A DNA stretch of 48,979 nucleotides from Chiloscyllium plagiosum (Eukaryota): positions 95,155 to 144,133 of the forward strand of contig NW_025215373.1 in NCBI RefSeq assembly GCF_004010195.1, read 5' to 3'. The notes under the pieces were generated by a model, which worked only from the letters and a program-made list of their open reading frames with translations, was not told the origin of the DNA and searched no databases. Made by a program: the position numbers and the translations under genes. Shown piece by piece: positions 11,266 through 22,333 of the stretch; positions within the stretch are counted from its first letter, which is position 1; each line of letters begins with the position of its first letter.

Positions 11266-12282
11266 GGGAAAGCTGCTCTCGGAGAGTGAGGTTCACCTGA
11301 ATCCGTGAACACAGTTGCTGTCTCTGTGTGTGAGCACAGATTGGGCATGAGAGGAGGCCGCTCAGTCCTTCCAGCCTGCCCTGCTGTTCAACATGATCGC
11401 GGCTGCCCTGATTTTAACCTCAATTCTCTAGTACATCCCCCGATAATCTTCCATCCCCTCAACCATCAAGACTCTCCCTCCCTCTGCCTTAAAAATATTT
11501 AAAGGTTTTACATCCAGTGCCTTGCGCGGAAGGGAATTCCAAAGATTCACAACCCTCTGAGAGAAACGTATTCCCTCATCTTTGTCCTAAATGACTAACC
11601 CTTTATGTTTCAACTCTGACCCCCTCCTTCTAGATTCTCCCACAGAGGGAAACATCCTTTCCCCGTCCACCCAGACAGGTCCTCTCAGGGTCTGCTATAT
11701 TTCAATTAAGTCACCTCTGACTGTTCAAAACTCCAGAGGATGCAGGTCTGGCCTGTGGGGCCTTTTCCCCTGAAGAAAATCTGCTCATTCCAGGGGTTAG
11801 TCTGGTAAAAAGAAGCGGAAATTGCTGGAAAAGCTCAGCAGGTCTGGCAGCATCTCTGGAGAGAAATCTGAGTAAATGTTTCAGGTTCAGCAACCCTTCC
11901 TCAGAACGGATTTCTGGGTTCCAGCAGCCACAGGGGTAACATGATTACATTGCCGACACTTTAAGCGCTGTTTCAGGAGCGCGATTTTTCTATAACGCAG
12001 GATTGCACAAGATTACAACCATCATGTTACAGCAGAATCGACTGTACTCCACATGTGGTTTTTACCTCCCCAAAGTCTAACCTCCCCATGCTAGTATTCA
12101 ATTCCCCTCGCAAGAAACCAGAGCTTTCCTGGTTACCTGGTGTAGCGACACACTCACCTTCTGTGGTTCATACACTAGGACACCCAGATCCCTCTGCTTT
12201 CTGGACTCTGTGAGCTCACAGCATTTCAATACGTGGTTCCTTTTTTCATATTTTCGGCCAAATCGGACGATCTCTCCCTCAG

Positions 12283-12482
12283 CTTCATCGCGGAGACAGA
12301 CAACGAGAAGGAGGAGTGGGTGGAGGCGCTACGCGAATCCATAGCTGAGGCTCTGTCCAACTACGAGGTAGCAGAGCAGATTTGGGCAGTGGAATCGAAC
12401 TTGCACTGCGCTGACTGCGGAACGCCCAAACCAGAGTGGGCCTCCATCAACCTCTGCCTGGTCATCTGCAAGAAGTGTGCAG
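12283..12482 (+). CDS. ARAP1: ARAP1 exon, end of PH2 and ArfGAP zinc finger (CADC-x16-CKKC)
   Basis: ctcag| ... G|gtgagg; 200 nt; CADCGTPKPEWASINLCLVICKKC. Confidence 0.95.
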
Positions 12483-12684
12483 GTGAGGAACGGATCAGTA
12501 CTGTCCCCTTTAATATGTGGCTGCAGTGCGCACGACTCCCCTGTAAACAGACGTTGAGATGGGCTACAACGAGGGAGACTGTGGGGAGCAGAATCAAGAT
12601 GGTTGTTCAGGTTTTATCTCTGTATCAGAGTCAGAGGTTTGTGGGTATAAACACCACCCCACAGACAGAAACCCAAAACAGTGC

Positions 12685-13050
12685 ACTGTTGGAGCTGAGG
12701 GAGCACCACACTGTTGGAGGGTCAGTGCTGAGGGAGTGCCGCACTGTCGGATGGTCAGTGCTGAGGGAGTGCAGCACTGTCGGAGGGTCAATGCTGAGGG
12801 AGTGATGTACTGTCGGATGGTCAGTGCCGAGGGAGCACCGCACTGTCGGATGGTCAGTGCTGAGGGAGTGCAGCACTGTCGGAGGGTCAGTGCTGAGGGA
12901 GTGATGTACTGTCGGATGGTCAGTGCCGAGGGAGCACCGCACTGTCGGAGGGTCAGTGCTGAGGGAGTGCCGCACTGTCGGAGGGTCAGTGCTGAGGGAG
13001 TGCCGCACTGTCGGAGGGTCAGTGCTGAGGGAGTGCCGCACCGTCGGGGG
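12685..13050 (+). repeat. 33-bp minisatellite, about 11 copies
   Basis: (cagtgctgagggagtgccgcactgtcggagggt)n. Confidence 0.93.
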
Positions 13051-13860
13051 GTGTTATTTACTGATTCAGTCCTTGAGTGGGAATCATTGGAAGAATTTCC
13101 GTTTTACCTAACTGCATGGCGATCACTCTCACTGTTTGATTTGTTAGCGGGGGAGACAATATTATCTCCAAAGGTTTGAAATTGTCCCGTGCACCCCAAG
13201 ACAGATCATTCCCACAGTCCAGATCAAGTCCCCCATGAAGATTCCAGGATCATGTGACCATGTCTCAGTTCAATTCCCTGAGGAAGTGAAGCTGGATTGT
13301 CCTTGGAACAGAGTGACCGTGATACCTGTGGGGGGGATGTCTCTGAGCCCCTCCCCTTGGCCAGATCTATTCCGGGAGGTCTCTCTTGTGACACTGTCCT
13401 CCACAGCCCTGCATTTGGTCACCTGATCTAACAGTCCCGTCGCTGTGATCATAAGGAAATGTTGGCCAATGCTGGTACTTGGAAATTGGATCAGGAATTG
13501 CTGGAAAAACTCAGCAGGCTCTGGCAGGGTTTGGAGAGAGAAAGCAGAGTGAGCTTGGAGCCCAGGAGCAGGAACATTGACTCTGTTTGCTGCCTCCACC
13601 ACACAGACACTGCGAGAGCCTGCTGAGTTTCTCCAGCAAGCCCTGACTGAAACGCAGTGAACTGAGGACGGCGTAGGGTTGGTAGCTGCTGTTAGTGAAT
13701 GGATTACCCACTGAGTCCCCCGGAGCTGAGGCTGTTGGATGGGGGCGGATTGAGCAGGAACAGAGAGGAGGTGAGTACGTTTCAATCGCAGCACTGAGAG
13801 GGGTCTGGGAGCTCTGGGATCAGACTGCTCACGGTCACTGTTCTGTCCCACATTCCACAG

Positions 13861-13946
13861 GGGAGCACCGAGCATTGGGTCCCGGCATTTCGAAAATACG
13901 GAGTCTGAAAATGGACAAGAAAGTTTGGACTGACCAGATGATTAAG
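13861..13946 (+). CDS. ARAP1: ARAP1 exon, ArfGAP with catalytic Arg (GEHRALGPGISKIRSLKMDKKVWTDQMIK)
   Basis: cacag| ... AAG|gtacaa; 86 nt; completes CX2CX16CX2CX4R. Confidence 0.94.
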
Positions 13947-15074
13947 GTACAAAGAAATAAAACAGCACCTGGTTTTACTAACTGGCTGGGCCTGGTATTT
14001 ACCGCCCGTCCCTAGTTACCCCCTTGAGAAGGTGGGGGTGAGCTGCCTTCTTGAACCGCTGCAGTCCATGTGCTGTAGGTAGACCTACAATGCCATTAGG
14101 GAGGGGGTTCCAGGATTGTGACCCAGTGACAGTGAAGGAACGGCGATATTTTTCCAAGTCAGGATGGGGAGGGGCTTGGAGGGGAACTTGCAGGGTGTGG
14201 TGTTCCCATGTATCTGCTGCCCCTTGTCCTTCTAGATGGAAGTGGTGGTGGGTTTGGAAGGAGCTGCCTGAGGATCTTTGGTGAATCTCTGCAGTGCATC
14301 TTGTAGATGGTACGCACTGCAGCTACTGAGTGTCGGTGGGAGAGGGAGGGGGAAGTTTGTGGATGTGGGGCCAATCAAGTGGGGGCTGCTTTGTCCTGGA
14401 TGGTGTTAAGCTCCTTGAGTGTTGTTGGAGCTGCCCCCATCCAGGGAGTATTCCATCACACTGCTGACTTTGTGAATAAACCTCACCAGGCCCAGAGCCT
14501 CTCCCCTCTGTGGAGATTTGCTGACGAGTTTAATTCTTTAATCACGAGGAATTCTCTGGCTTTCAGTAAAGATGTGTCAGTTTTTCGGAAGGACTCTCTG
14601 TGGAAGGGGCGTCTGTGAAAGGCAGAGGGTGAGCTATGTAAGGTGTTGTCTCTGAGCAGGCTGTTTCCCAGCTGACCCCCCGCCCCCCCCCCCACCCCCA
14701 AAGGAGATCCTAACTGAATGCACCGCCCTGGGGTTGTGATGCCCAATAAGCAGGTCTGATTGGCTAACTTTCACATGTCACTCTCATGAAGCCCCAGTGA
14801 CCTTCCATTGCCCTCATTATAATAAGTGTTCCGCAACTCTTTACAAACCTTTCCAATAAATAACTGTCCAGTAACCCTCCACTGAATCCTGAAAGTGTTA
14901 TTATTAATGGCGCAGTGATTGTAACGTGGTCAGCTGGGTGGTCCTCTTAGAATCAGAGTTCCCTGATTGCACCAGGTTAACAGCCCCAATCAGGGAGCCC
15001 TGGCTGACAGATAGAAACAGGAGTGTTGGGGCTCCTGCTTGCTCTGAGAGCTGGCTCTGAAGGAGCTGGATTAG

Positions 15075-15682
15075 ATTAAAGTCATAGAGATGTACAGCAC
15101 GGAAACAGACCCTTCGGTCCAACCCATCCATGCTGATCAGATATCCCAACCCAATCTAGTCCCACCTGCCAGCACCCGGCCCATATCCCTCCAAACCCTT
15201 CCTATTCATATACCCATCCAAATGCCTCTTAAATGTTGCAATTGTACCAGCCTCCACCACATCCTCTGGCAGCTCATTCCATACACTTACCACCCTCTGC
15301 GTGAAAAAGTTGCTCCTTAGGTCTCTTTTATATCTTTCCCCTCTCACACTAAACCAAGCCCTCTCGTTCTGGACTCCCCCACAACAGGGAAAAGACTTTG
15401 CCTATTTACCCTATCCATGCCCCTCATAATTTTGTAAATCTCTATAATGTCACCCCTCAGCCTCCGACGCTCCGGGGAAAACAGCCCCAGCCTGTTCAGC
15501 CTCTTCCTGTAGCCCCAACCCCTGTACTCAATACTCTGACCAATAAAGGAAAGCATACCAAACACCTTCACTATCCTATCTACCTGCAACTCCACTTTCA
15601 AGGAGCTATGAACCTGCACTCCAAGGTCTCTTTGTTCAGCAACACTCCCTAGGACCTTACCATTCAGTGTATAAGTCCTGTT
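15075..15682 (-). mobile_element. CR1-type LINE 3' fragment (RT C-terminus)
   Basis: RLNRLGLFSPERRRLRGDIIEIYKIMRG and FFTQRVVSVWNELPEDVVEAGTIATFKRHLD. Confidence 0.85.
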
Positions 15683-15683
15683 A

Positions 15684-15973
15684 GATTCCCTACAGTGTGG
15701 AAACTGGCCATTTGGCCCAACAAGTCCACTCTGACCCTCCAAAGAGTAACCCACCCAGACCCATTTCCCTCTGACTAGTGCACCTAACACTATGGGCAAT
15801 TTAGCCTGGCCAGTTCACCCTGACCTGCACATTTTTGGACTGTGGGAGGAAACCCATGCAGACATAGGGAGGATGTGCAAACTCCGCACAGACAGTCACC
15901 CGAGGCTGGAACCGGACCCAGGTCCCTGGCGCTGTGAGGCAGCAGTGCTAACCACTGAGCCACTGTGCCACCC
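15684..15973 (-). mobile_element. HE1-type V-SINE
   Basis: Homologous to 2284-2595 with tail ...tttccacactgtagggaatc. Confidence 0.8.
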
Positions 15974-16255
15974 CATGTGTCAGGATCAGTGTTAAGGACT
16001 CCCCATGTGTAAATAAAGGGTGACCTGGTGATGGGATACCGGTCTCTGGGGAGTCATTTCAAGGATTCATCTTCATTAGGTTGTTGGTTCACTCTGAAAT
16101 GGCCCTCACACGAATCTCCGTTTGAGGGCAGTTCGGGATGGGGAGCCAATGCTGAAGCCCGCATCTCATCAAAGGGTAACAGGAAATTCAGGGTCATCCC
16201 TTGGGCACGGATTGGGTTGGAGTTGGATGGTTTTGGATGGGTTTGAGGATTGATT

Positions 16256-16309
<54 letters not shown>

Positions 16310-16329
16310 CCTCTCTGATCTTTCACTAG

Positions 16330-16512
16330 ATGTTTCAATGTGTCAATAATTGGAAAGCCAATCAGTTCTGGGCAGCGAATGTGCCCCCCAGCGAGGCCAT
16401 CAATGAGACAAGCAGCAGCATGGAGCGCAGGCGGTTCATCGGTGCCAAGTACCGGCAGGGGAAATACCGGAAATACCACCCGCTGTTCGGAAACCAAGAG
16501 GAGCTCAACAAG
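16330..16512 (+). CDS. ARAP1: ARAP1 exon, ArfGAP C-terminal part (MFQCVNNWKANQFWAANVPPSE...YHPLFGNQEELNK)
   Basis: actag| ... AAG|gtaacc; 183 nt. Confidence 0.94.
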
Positions 16513-16514
16513 GT

Positions 16515-17152
16515 AACCATCCCATCACCGCCTCATCACCATCCCATTGCCACCCCTCACCGCCTCCTCACCGCCCCATCACCGCCCCATCACCGCCCCA
16601 TTGCCACTCATCACCGCCTCATCACCATCCCGTTACCACCCANNNNNNNNNNNNNNNNNNNNNNNNNNNNNNNNNNNNNNNNNNNNNNNNNNNNNNNNNN
16701 NNNNNNNNNNNNNNNNNNNNNNNNNNNNNNNNNNNNNNNNNNNNNNNNNNNNNNNNNNNNNNNNNNNNNNNNNNNNNNNNNNNNNNNNNNNNNNNNNNNN
16801 NNNNNNNNNNNNNNNNNNNNNNNNNNNNNNNNNNNNNNNNNNNNNNNNNNNNNNNNNNNNNNNNNNNNNNNNNNNNNNNNNNCACCATCCCATCACCACC
16901 CCATCACTGCCTCATCACCATTCCATCGCCAACCATCACCACCTCATCACCATCCCATTGCCATTCATCACTGCCCCATCACCATTCCATTGCCACCCAT
17001 CATCTCCTCATCACCATTCCATTGCCAACCATCACCACCTCATCACCATCCCATTGCCACCCATCACCACCCCATCACGACCCCATCACCGCTCTGTCAC
17101 TGCCCCCATCGTCACCCCTGTCATCACCCTATCACCAGCCTATCACCATCCA
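16515..17152. repeat. CCATCAC-rich low-complexity repeat spanning a gap
   Basis: Iterated ccatcacc/cccattgcc motifs. Confidence 0.85.
16643..16882. other. Assembly gap
   Basis: N run. Confidence 0.99.
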
Positions 17153-17584
17153 TCTGTGAAATGCTTTTCCACAGAGGGCTGTTGGGGCTGGGTCACTGAG
17201 GATATTCAGGGCTCAGAGAGACTGGTTGTTAATCAGTGAGGAATCGAGTTGGGGGTTATGGGGAAAAGGCAGGATGGTGGAGTTGGGGATTATCAGACCA
17301 GCCATGATGGCCTTGAACGATGGAGCAGAGTTGATGAACTGATTGGCCTATCCTGCTCCTATGTCTAATGGTCTTAATCATTCCATCCTGGACAGTGACC
17401 TTCTCCAGAGGATGTTTCCCCTGACTGTGGGGTCAAGGAGTTGGAGACAGAGTCTCAGTAAATGGCAGGACAGAGGAATGGGAGGAGGCCATTCTGCCCT
17501 TCAATGAGATCATTGGCTGTTCTGTAGCCTAATTCCATAACTCTTATCCCATACCCCTTCATACCTCTAAAACCAAAATACCGT

Positions 17585-17764
17585 AAATCAGAAATCAAAG
17601 CAGATATTGCTGAAAAAGCTCCAAAGGTCTGGCAGAGCCTGAGTAAATGGCAGGACAGAGGAACGGGAGGAGTCCGTTCGGAGCAGGGGTCACTGGACCC
17701 GAAACGTTAATTCTGATTTCTCTCCACAGATGCTGCCAGACCTGCTGAGCTTTTCCAGCAATTT
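17585..17764. mobile_element. Penelope-derived inverted-repeat element with a locally copied spacer
   Basis: Arm attgctgaaaaagctccaaaggtctggcag is inverted relative to ctgccagacctgctgagcttttccagcaat; spacer 17633-17679 duplicates 17448-17495. Confidence 0.65.
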
Positions 17765-18224
17765 AGCTCAAATTTAAAATTAACAACTGATCCAGCATCC
17801 ACAGGCATTGAGGACTGAGTTGAGGAGGAGTGTTCACTCACAGGGTGGTGGAATGTCTCTATCCCAGAGGACTGTGGCAGCTCAAGATGGAGATTGATGG
17901 CTTGCTAGATACTAAAGGAATTATGGGCATTGCCATGGGAACGTGGTATAGGATCAGCCATGATCTAGAATTTTAGAGCAAATCCGAGGGGCAGAATGGC
18001 CTAGTTTTGTGAGGGCTGTACTGAGGAGGAGGTGCATTATCAGAAACGTGATTGCTGAGGGATGGAACCCCATTGGATTTCTATCCATGGAATCCAAGAC
18101 CTGCTCAGTGCGTCAGATCATTTAGCTCAATAAATCCCAGGCTGTGCAGAGGAAGTTGGGATGCACATTCAGGCATGAATGATGGAATACAGCTGAGGGG
18201 CCGAATGGCCTCCTGCGATGCCTC

Positions 18225-18912
18225 TGTTGTGGGGAAAATCGCCAGCCTCGGAGTCAGGGTCGGGGTTCAACGACAAAGTTTATTGTACAAGGAAATAACC
18301 TGTGCTCCAGGGAGAGAGAGAGAGACACCAACAGCACAGTGGGCAGCTGCGAGCCTGCTCTCAACCTGACACACATGTCAAGATACTGTTATACATTGTG
18401 TAATATAATAGGTCAGTGGTAAGGTTATTGTCTCGGTAACATGGCTTGTTTGTTGTAGACATTGCAGAATCATTGTCAGTTCCAGTGCAGCCTTTGTTAA
18501 TTTCAGCACGTCGTTGTCAGTTTCAGCATCTGTGCGGAAGTCCATTGCTGTGGTAATGGGTCCTAATGGCTCTGCCGGAGACGAATGGTTACTGCAGCCC
18601 TGGCTATTGAGACCGTATCAAACAGTTAGCATTTCTATAAGAGGTGTTGGCTGGACCCAGAGACTTCGGCGGGCAGTGTACATTACTCATGTATTCTCTC
18701 CCCCACCCACCTTAGACTATCAGCTCGGTTGTGGGTGCATTGTGCTGGCATTCTGGTAGCCCCAGGCAGTGCCTGTGTTTGATCTGCTGTCTCTCTCTGT
18801 ATTGTGGTCCGGCGGCCATCTTGTGTGTCAAGTTGGCCAACTGATGGCTCAGCGGCCATCTTGTGAGTCCGTGTGCCTAGTGTCACCCTGCCCCGTGCCA
18901 TCTCCCACTCCA
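18225..18912 (-). repeat. 3' LTR (about 690 bp)
   Basis: Begins TG directly after the polypurine tract and ends ...ACAACA; minus-strand AATAAA near 18280. Confidence 0.78.
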
Positions 18913-18923
18913 CTCCCCCCTTT
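18913..18923 (-). promoter_or_regulatory. Polypurine tract
   Basis: AAAGGGGGGAG immediately before the TG of the 3' LTR. Confidence 0.75.
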
Positions 18924-19017
18924 GTGGTCAAGGAGGCGACTTTGGAGATCTCCCGCAGACCATACAATTTACATGTAGAGGTAGGTCATCTCTAGGAGCT
19001 CCTCCTCCCGAGGGGTA

Positions 19018-20000
19018 TCATGGGGGCTCTTCCGTGGTGGCACTCGCTGCTGGCACAGTTCCCATCAGTAGCGCCAGACAGCAGAGCTTTAAACATCCGA
19101 GGCCCACACAGAATACCAGCGTGAGTGCAATGAGGAGAACTATCCCATCTGCCAAATACAGTCCCCAAGATTTACCTAGCAACCAATTTAGCCAGCTGTC
19201 TGTGATTGTGGCTCCCTGTTGAAAATTACCTCCCTGGTCTCGGATATTCTTGATGGCTTCTGTAATGTGATAAGAGGCATCAGTAACCTGGGTGATACAA
19301 TGGTCACCAATAACTGTACAAACTCCCCCTTGCTGTGCTCATTGATAATCCACCACATACACCGTATCTGCTGTGTGTAGTCTGCGTTCAGCCAGCTCTG
19401 TGTTAATTGCTTCCAGAGCTTTTGAGGTACTATTGCCTCAGATAGTCAGGCCACATACAAGATAATTTTGGTTTTTAGCACTGATGACCCCTGCTGTGCT
19501 CCCCAAAGATAGAGATCCCAGAAATCCATATTCCGATGATGACCCCAAGGTGATGGGGGCCTGCCAGTCAGCACAGAACTCCTGACTGATGGAGTGGGTC
19601 ACTATCCTTCTCCGAGTATGTCCCCCTCGTTGGGGCATGGGTACAGTAAGGGGAGCAATTGTTCCTACTGTAAACAGGTTTGGGAGGCCTGGGGTGTCTG
19701 TCGCATAAGTCCCCTTAAATAGAAAAACAAATCCTGTCGCTGCTTGATTACATGCATTGTCCTATCCTGCCATATGTCTGTCCACCCATGTCACCCCCGA
19801 TCCCCTGGGTGCACCCCCCAGCTGGTGAGTGTCGAAGGGGTATGTCTGTGTGGCAGAGCTGACATGGGTGCCATTGCAGTGACCACATAGGAACCGTCTG
19901 CCTGCGGTCACATTCAAACACGCCTGCTCCTCCTCAGATGACCGTCCTGTCCACTGTTCCTGTCTGCAGCTGGGGAATGCTTTGGTCACAGTTTGAGTTG
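19018..20000 (-). pseudogene. env: Decayed retroviral-type env (partial SU plus complete TM)
   Basis: One frame with stops at 19762, 19438 and 19339: CNQAATGFVFLFKG, HTRRR basic site, C-x39-C loop around YGFLGSLSLGSTAGVI, VVDYQ*AQQGGVCTVIGDHC, WLNWLLG, membrane anchor GIVLLIALTLVFCVGLGCL. 5' boundary approximate. Confidence 0.85.
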
Positions 20001-20059
20001 GGCCCAGTGCTTCCATGTGCCTTTCCCTGTAATGTCCAGGCAGGCACAGGGAGTCCCCA

Positions 20060-20109
20060 CTTCTTACCACACCGTGTGGCCCATTCCATTTTGGGGCAAA
20101 GCCTGGTTT
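20060..20109 (-). pseudogene. Integrase C-terminal remnant
   Basis: KPGFAPKWNGPHGVV resembles the P.W.GPY/F motif of LTR-element integrases. Confidence 0.6.
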
Positions 20110-21174
20110 GTCAGGCAGTGTGAAGTTTGTGCACCCTTCCTGACTCCTGCTCCAACCCTTGTATTCTGTCCTCCAGCTCCTTAACGTGCTCCTGGCCCTT
20201 TCTCCACCTACTCACGGGGGCACTCACTTGTTTAATTTGGCCGGCTCGCTGGTGCACTAACATTACCCCTATCGCTTCAGTTTTATTCTGTTTCTGTTAT
20301 CTATCCACACACTCTGTTGTGCTAACGTCTGGGATGGATCCCAGCCACTTTTCTTCATTTGCTTTGCCTGGCAGCCTCCTAGCAAGGTATACTCTGTACT
20401 GGGCCTCCTCTACCCTCCTGGCCACCTCTACTGACCTAGCGTCACCCGATAGGCCCAGAAACCTACCTCTAGCCTGGCGTGCTCTCTACTGGGGGGACTC
20501 TTTCCCCTCCCAGCCATCGCCACTATTCAAGCTCTGTTGTTCTACTACAGACTGACAGGGTATCACGGTTACCCACAGTGTCCATGCTCCCCACCTCGGT
20601 AATGTGCGCTCCACTGAGGTTTGGCTCTTGGTCAGGGTGATCAGCTCCTCTCCCTCACCACACTGGAAGTTACAAGTACAGACAGCACCCCACTTTTATC
20701 TTAAACTCTACCTGGACTCTGCGTTGTTGGCCCTTACAGAGTCCAGTGTTACCCAACTTGGCCACTTGTGTTTCACAGCTCCTAGTGCCCTCAGCACCTC
20801 AATCCCCACTTCAAATCCCAACCTTCACGTGGCGTGGCGGGGGTGCAAGGTGGGGGGAACATGGTGGGTGGGCTACCCCTCTTACCACCCCGGTTCAGGG
20901 CAGGGTCTTTGAGACTGGCACAACCTTGTCCTCTGGCTGTTTCAGCACAAACAGCAGGTTCTTACAGCAGTTAATCCAGTTAACACTTATTCTCCACAGA
21001 CATGAGTCTGTGTTAATTGTTTTAACTCAGTCCTGTAGCAGGTTAGACATTACAGTCCGTTTACCTTTTAAACTGTGTCCTTGGCCCGGTCTGACCCTTC
21101 CCGTTTGCAGGTACAAATCAGCTCTTACCCCGGCTCCCTAATTGTGGCTTTTGACCAGGGCACCAGTAATAAGA

Positions 21175-21192
21175 ACCCTGCTCACACCGCCA
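21175..21192 (-). promoter_or_regulatory. Primer binding site, tRNA-Ser type
   Basis: TGGCGGTGTGAGCAGGGT; close to the complement of the vertebrate tRNA-Ser(CGA) 3' end (TGGCGCTGTGAGCAGGAT, recalled). Confidence 0.75.
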
Positions 21193-21194
21193 AT

Positions 21195-21459
21195 TGTTAT
21201 GGGGAAAATCACTTGCCTCAGAGTCAAAGTCGGGGGTTCAATGACAGAGTTTATTGTACAAGGAAACACCGGTGCTCCAGGAAGAGAGAGAGAGACACCA
21301 ACAGCACTGTGGCAAGCTGTGAGGCCTCTCTCTGTACTGTGGTCTGGCGGCCATCTTGTGTGTCAAGTGGCCAACTTATGGCTCAGCGGCCATCTTGTGT
21401 GTCCGTGTGCCTAGTGTTACCCAACCCTCTTGAGCAAGGTGTGACGTTTACTCCCAACA
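21195..21459 (-). repeat. 5' LTR (short version)
   Basis: Aligns to 18225-18362 plus 18790-18889; minus-strand AATAAA near 21250; ends ...ATAACA 2 nt before the PBS. Extent beyond about 21422 is uncertain. Confidence 0.75.
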
Positions 21460-21537
21460 AACAGTCAGAAACTCCCCTTTTACGTGGACAATATTACCCA
21501 CTCTTCTCTTCAGAACAGTGTCCTATTTATTTTTGTT

Positions 21538-21833
21538 CACTTGAATGTAGGAGATTGAGAGGTGACCTTATCAAAATTTATAAAATAATGAGGGGTATCG
21601 ATAGAGTTAATGATTGTTCATTTCCCATGGATGGGGGATTTCAACACTAGGGGGCACGTTTTTAAGGTGAGAGGAGAGAGATTTTTAAAAAAGACATGAG
21701 GGGCAAATTGTTTACCCAGAGGGTGGTTCGTGTGTGGAATGAGCTTCCTGAGGAAGTGGGTACAATTACAATGTTTAATAGACATTTGGATAGATACATG
21801 AGTAGGAAAGGTTTGGAGGGACATGGACCAGGA
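21538..21833 (+). mobile_element. CR1-type LINE 3' fragment
   Basis: SLECRRLRGDLIKIYKIMRG and FTQRVVRVWNELPEEV; runs into a gap. Confidence 0.8.
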
Positions 21834-22333
21834 NNNNNNNNNNNNNNNNNNNNNNNNNNNNNNNNNNNNNNNNNNNNNNNNNNNNNNNNNNNNNNNNNNN
21901 NNNNNNNNNNNNNNNNNNNNNNNNNNNNNNNNNNNNNNNNNNNNNNNNNNNNNNNNNNNNNNNNNNNNNNNNNNNNNNNNNNNNNNNNNNNNNNNNNNNN
22001 NNNNNNNNNNNNNNNNNNNNNNNNNNNNNNNNNNNNNNNNNNNNNNNNNNNNNNNNNNNNNNNNNNNNNNNNNNNNNNNNNNNNNNNNNNNNNNNNNNNN
22101 NNNNNNNNNNNNNNNNNNNNNNNNNNNNNNNNNNNNNNNNNNNNNNNNNNNNNNNNNNNNNNNNNNNNNNNNNNNNNNNNNNNNNNNNNNNNNNNNNNNN
22201 NNNNNNNNNNNNNNNNNNNNNNNNNNNNNNNNNNNNNNNNNNNNNNNNNNNNNNNNNNNNNNNNNNNNNNNNNNNNNNNNNNNNNNNNNNNNNNNNNNNN
22301 NNNNNNNNNNNNNNNNNNNNNNNNNNNNNNNNN
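21834..22333. other. Assembly gap
   Basis: N run of 500. Confidence 0.99.

Larger units (their letters stand above)
14920..16061 (+). mobile_element. Possible short solo LTR interrupted by CR1 and SINE insertions
   Basis: Starts TGTAAC; CCAAT-like boxes; resumes near 15983 with AATAAA at 16012 and ends TTTCA. No convincing TSD. Confidence 0.4.
18225..21459 (-). mobile_element. Defective, internally deleted env-bearing LTR retroelement/endogenous retrovirus, antisense in the ARAP1 intron
   Basis: Direct repeats starting tgttgtggggaaaatc (18225) and tgttatggggaaaatc (21195); PBS next to one and PPT next to the other; integrase C-terminal and env remnants inside. Right boundary is uncertain. 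Confidence 0.88.

Noticed and set aside
19018..19640. Endogenous filovirus element
   Set aside because: The GP2-like sequence sits in the env position between an integrase remnant and PPT/LTR, so it belongs to an LTR element.
19018..20070. Domesticated syncytin-like env
   Set aside because: Three in-frame stops, a shortened SU and no evident signal peptide in this copy.
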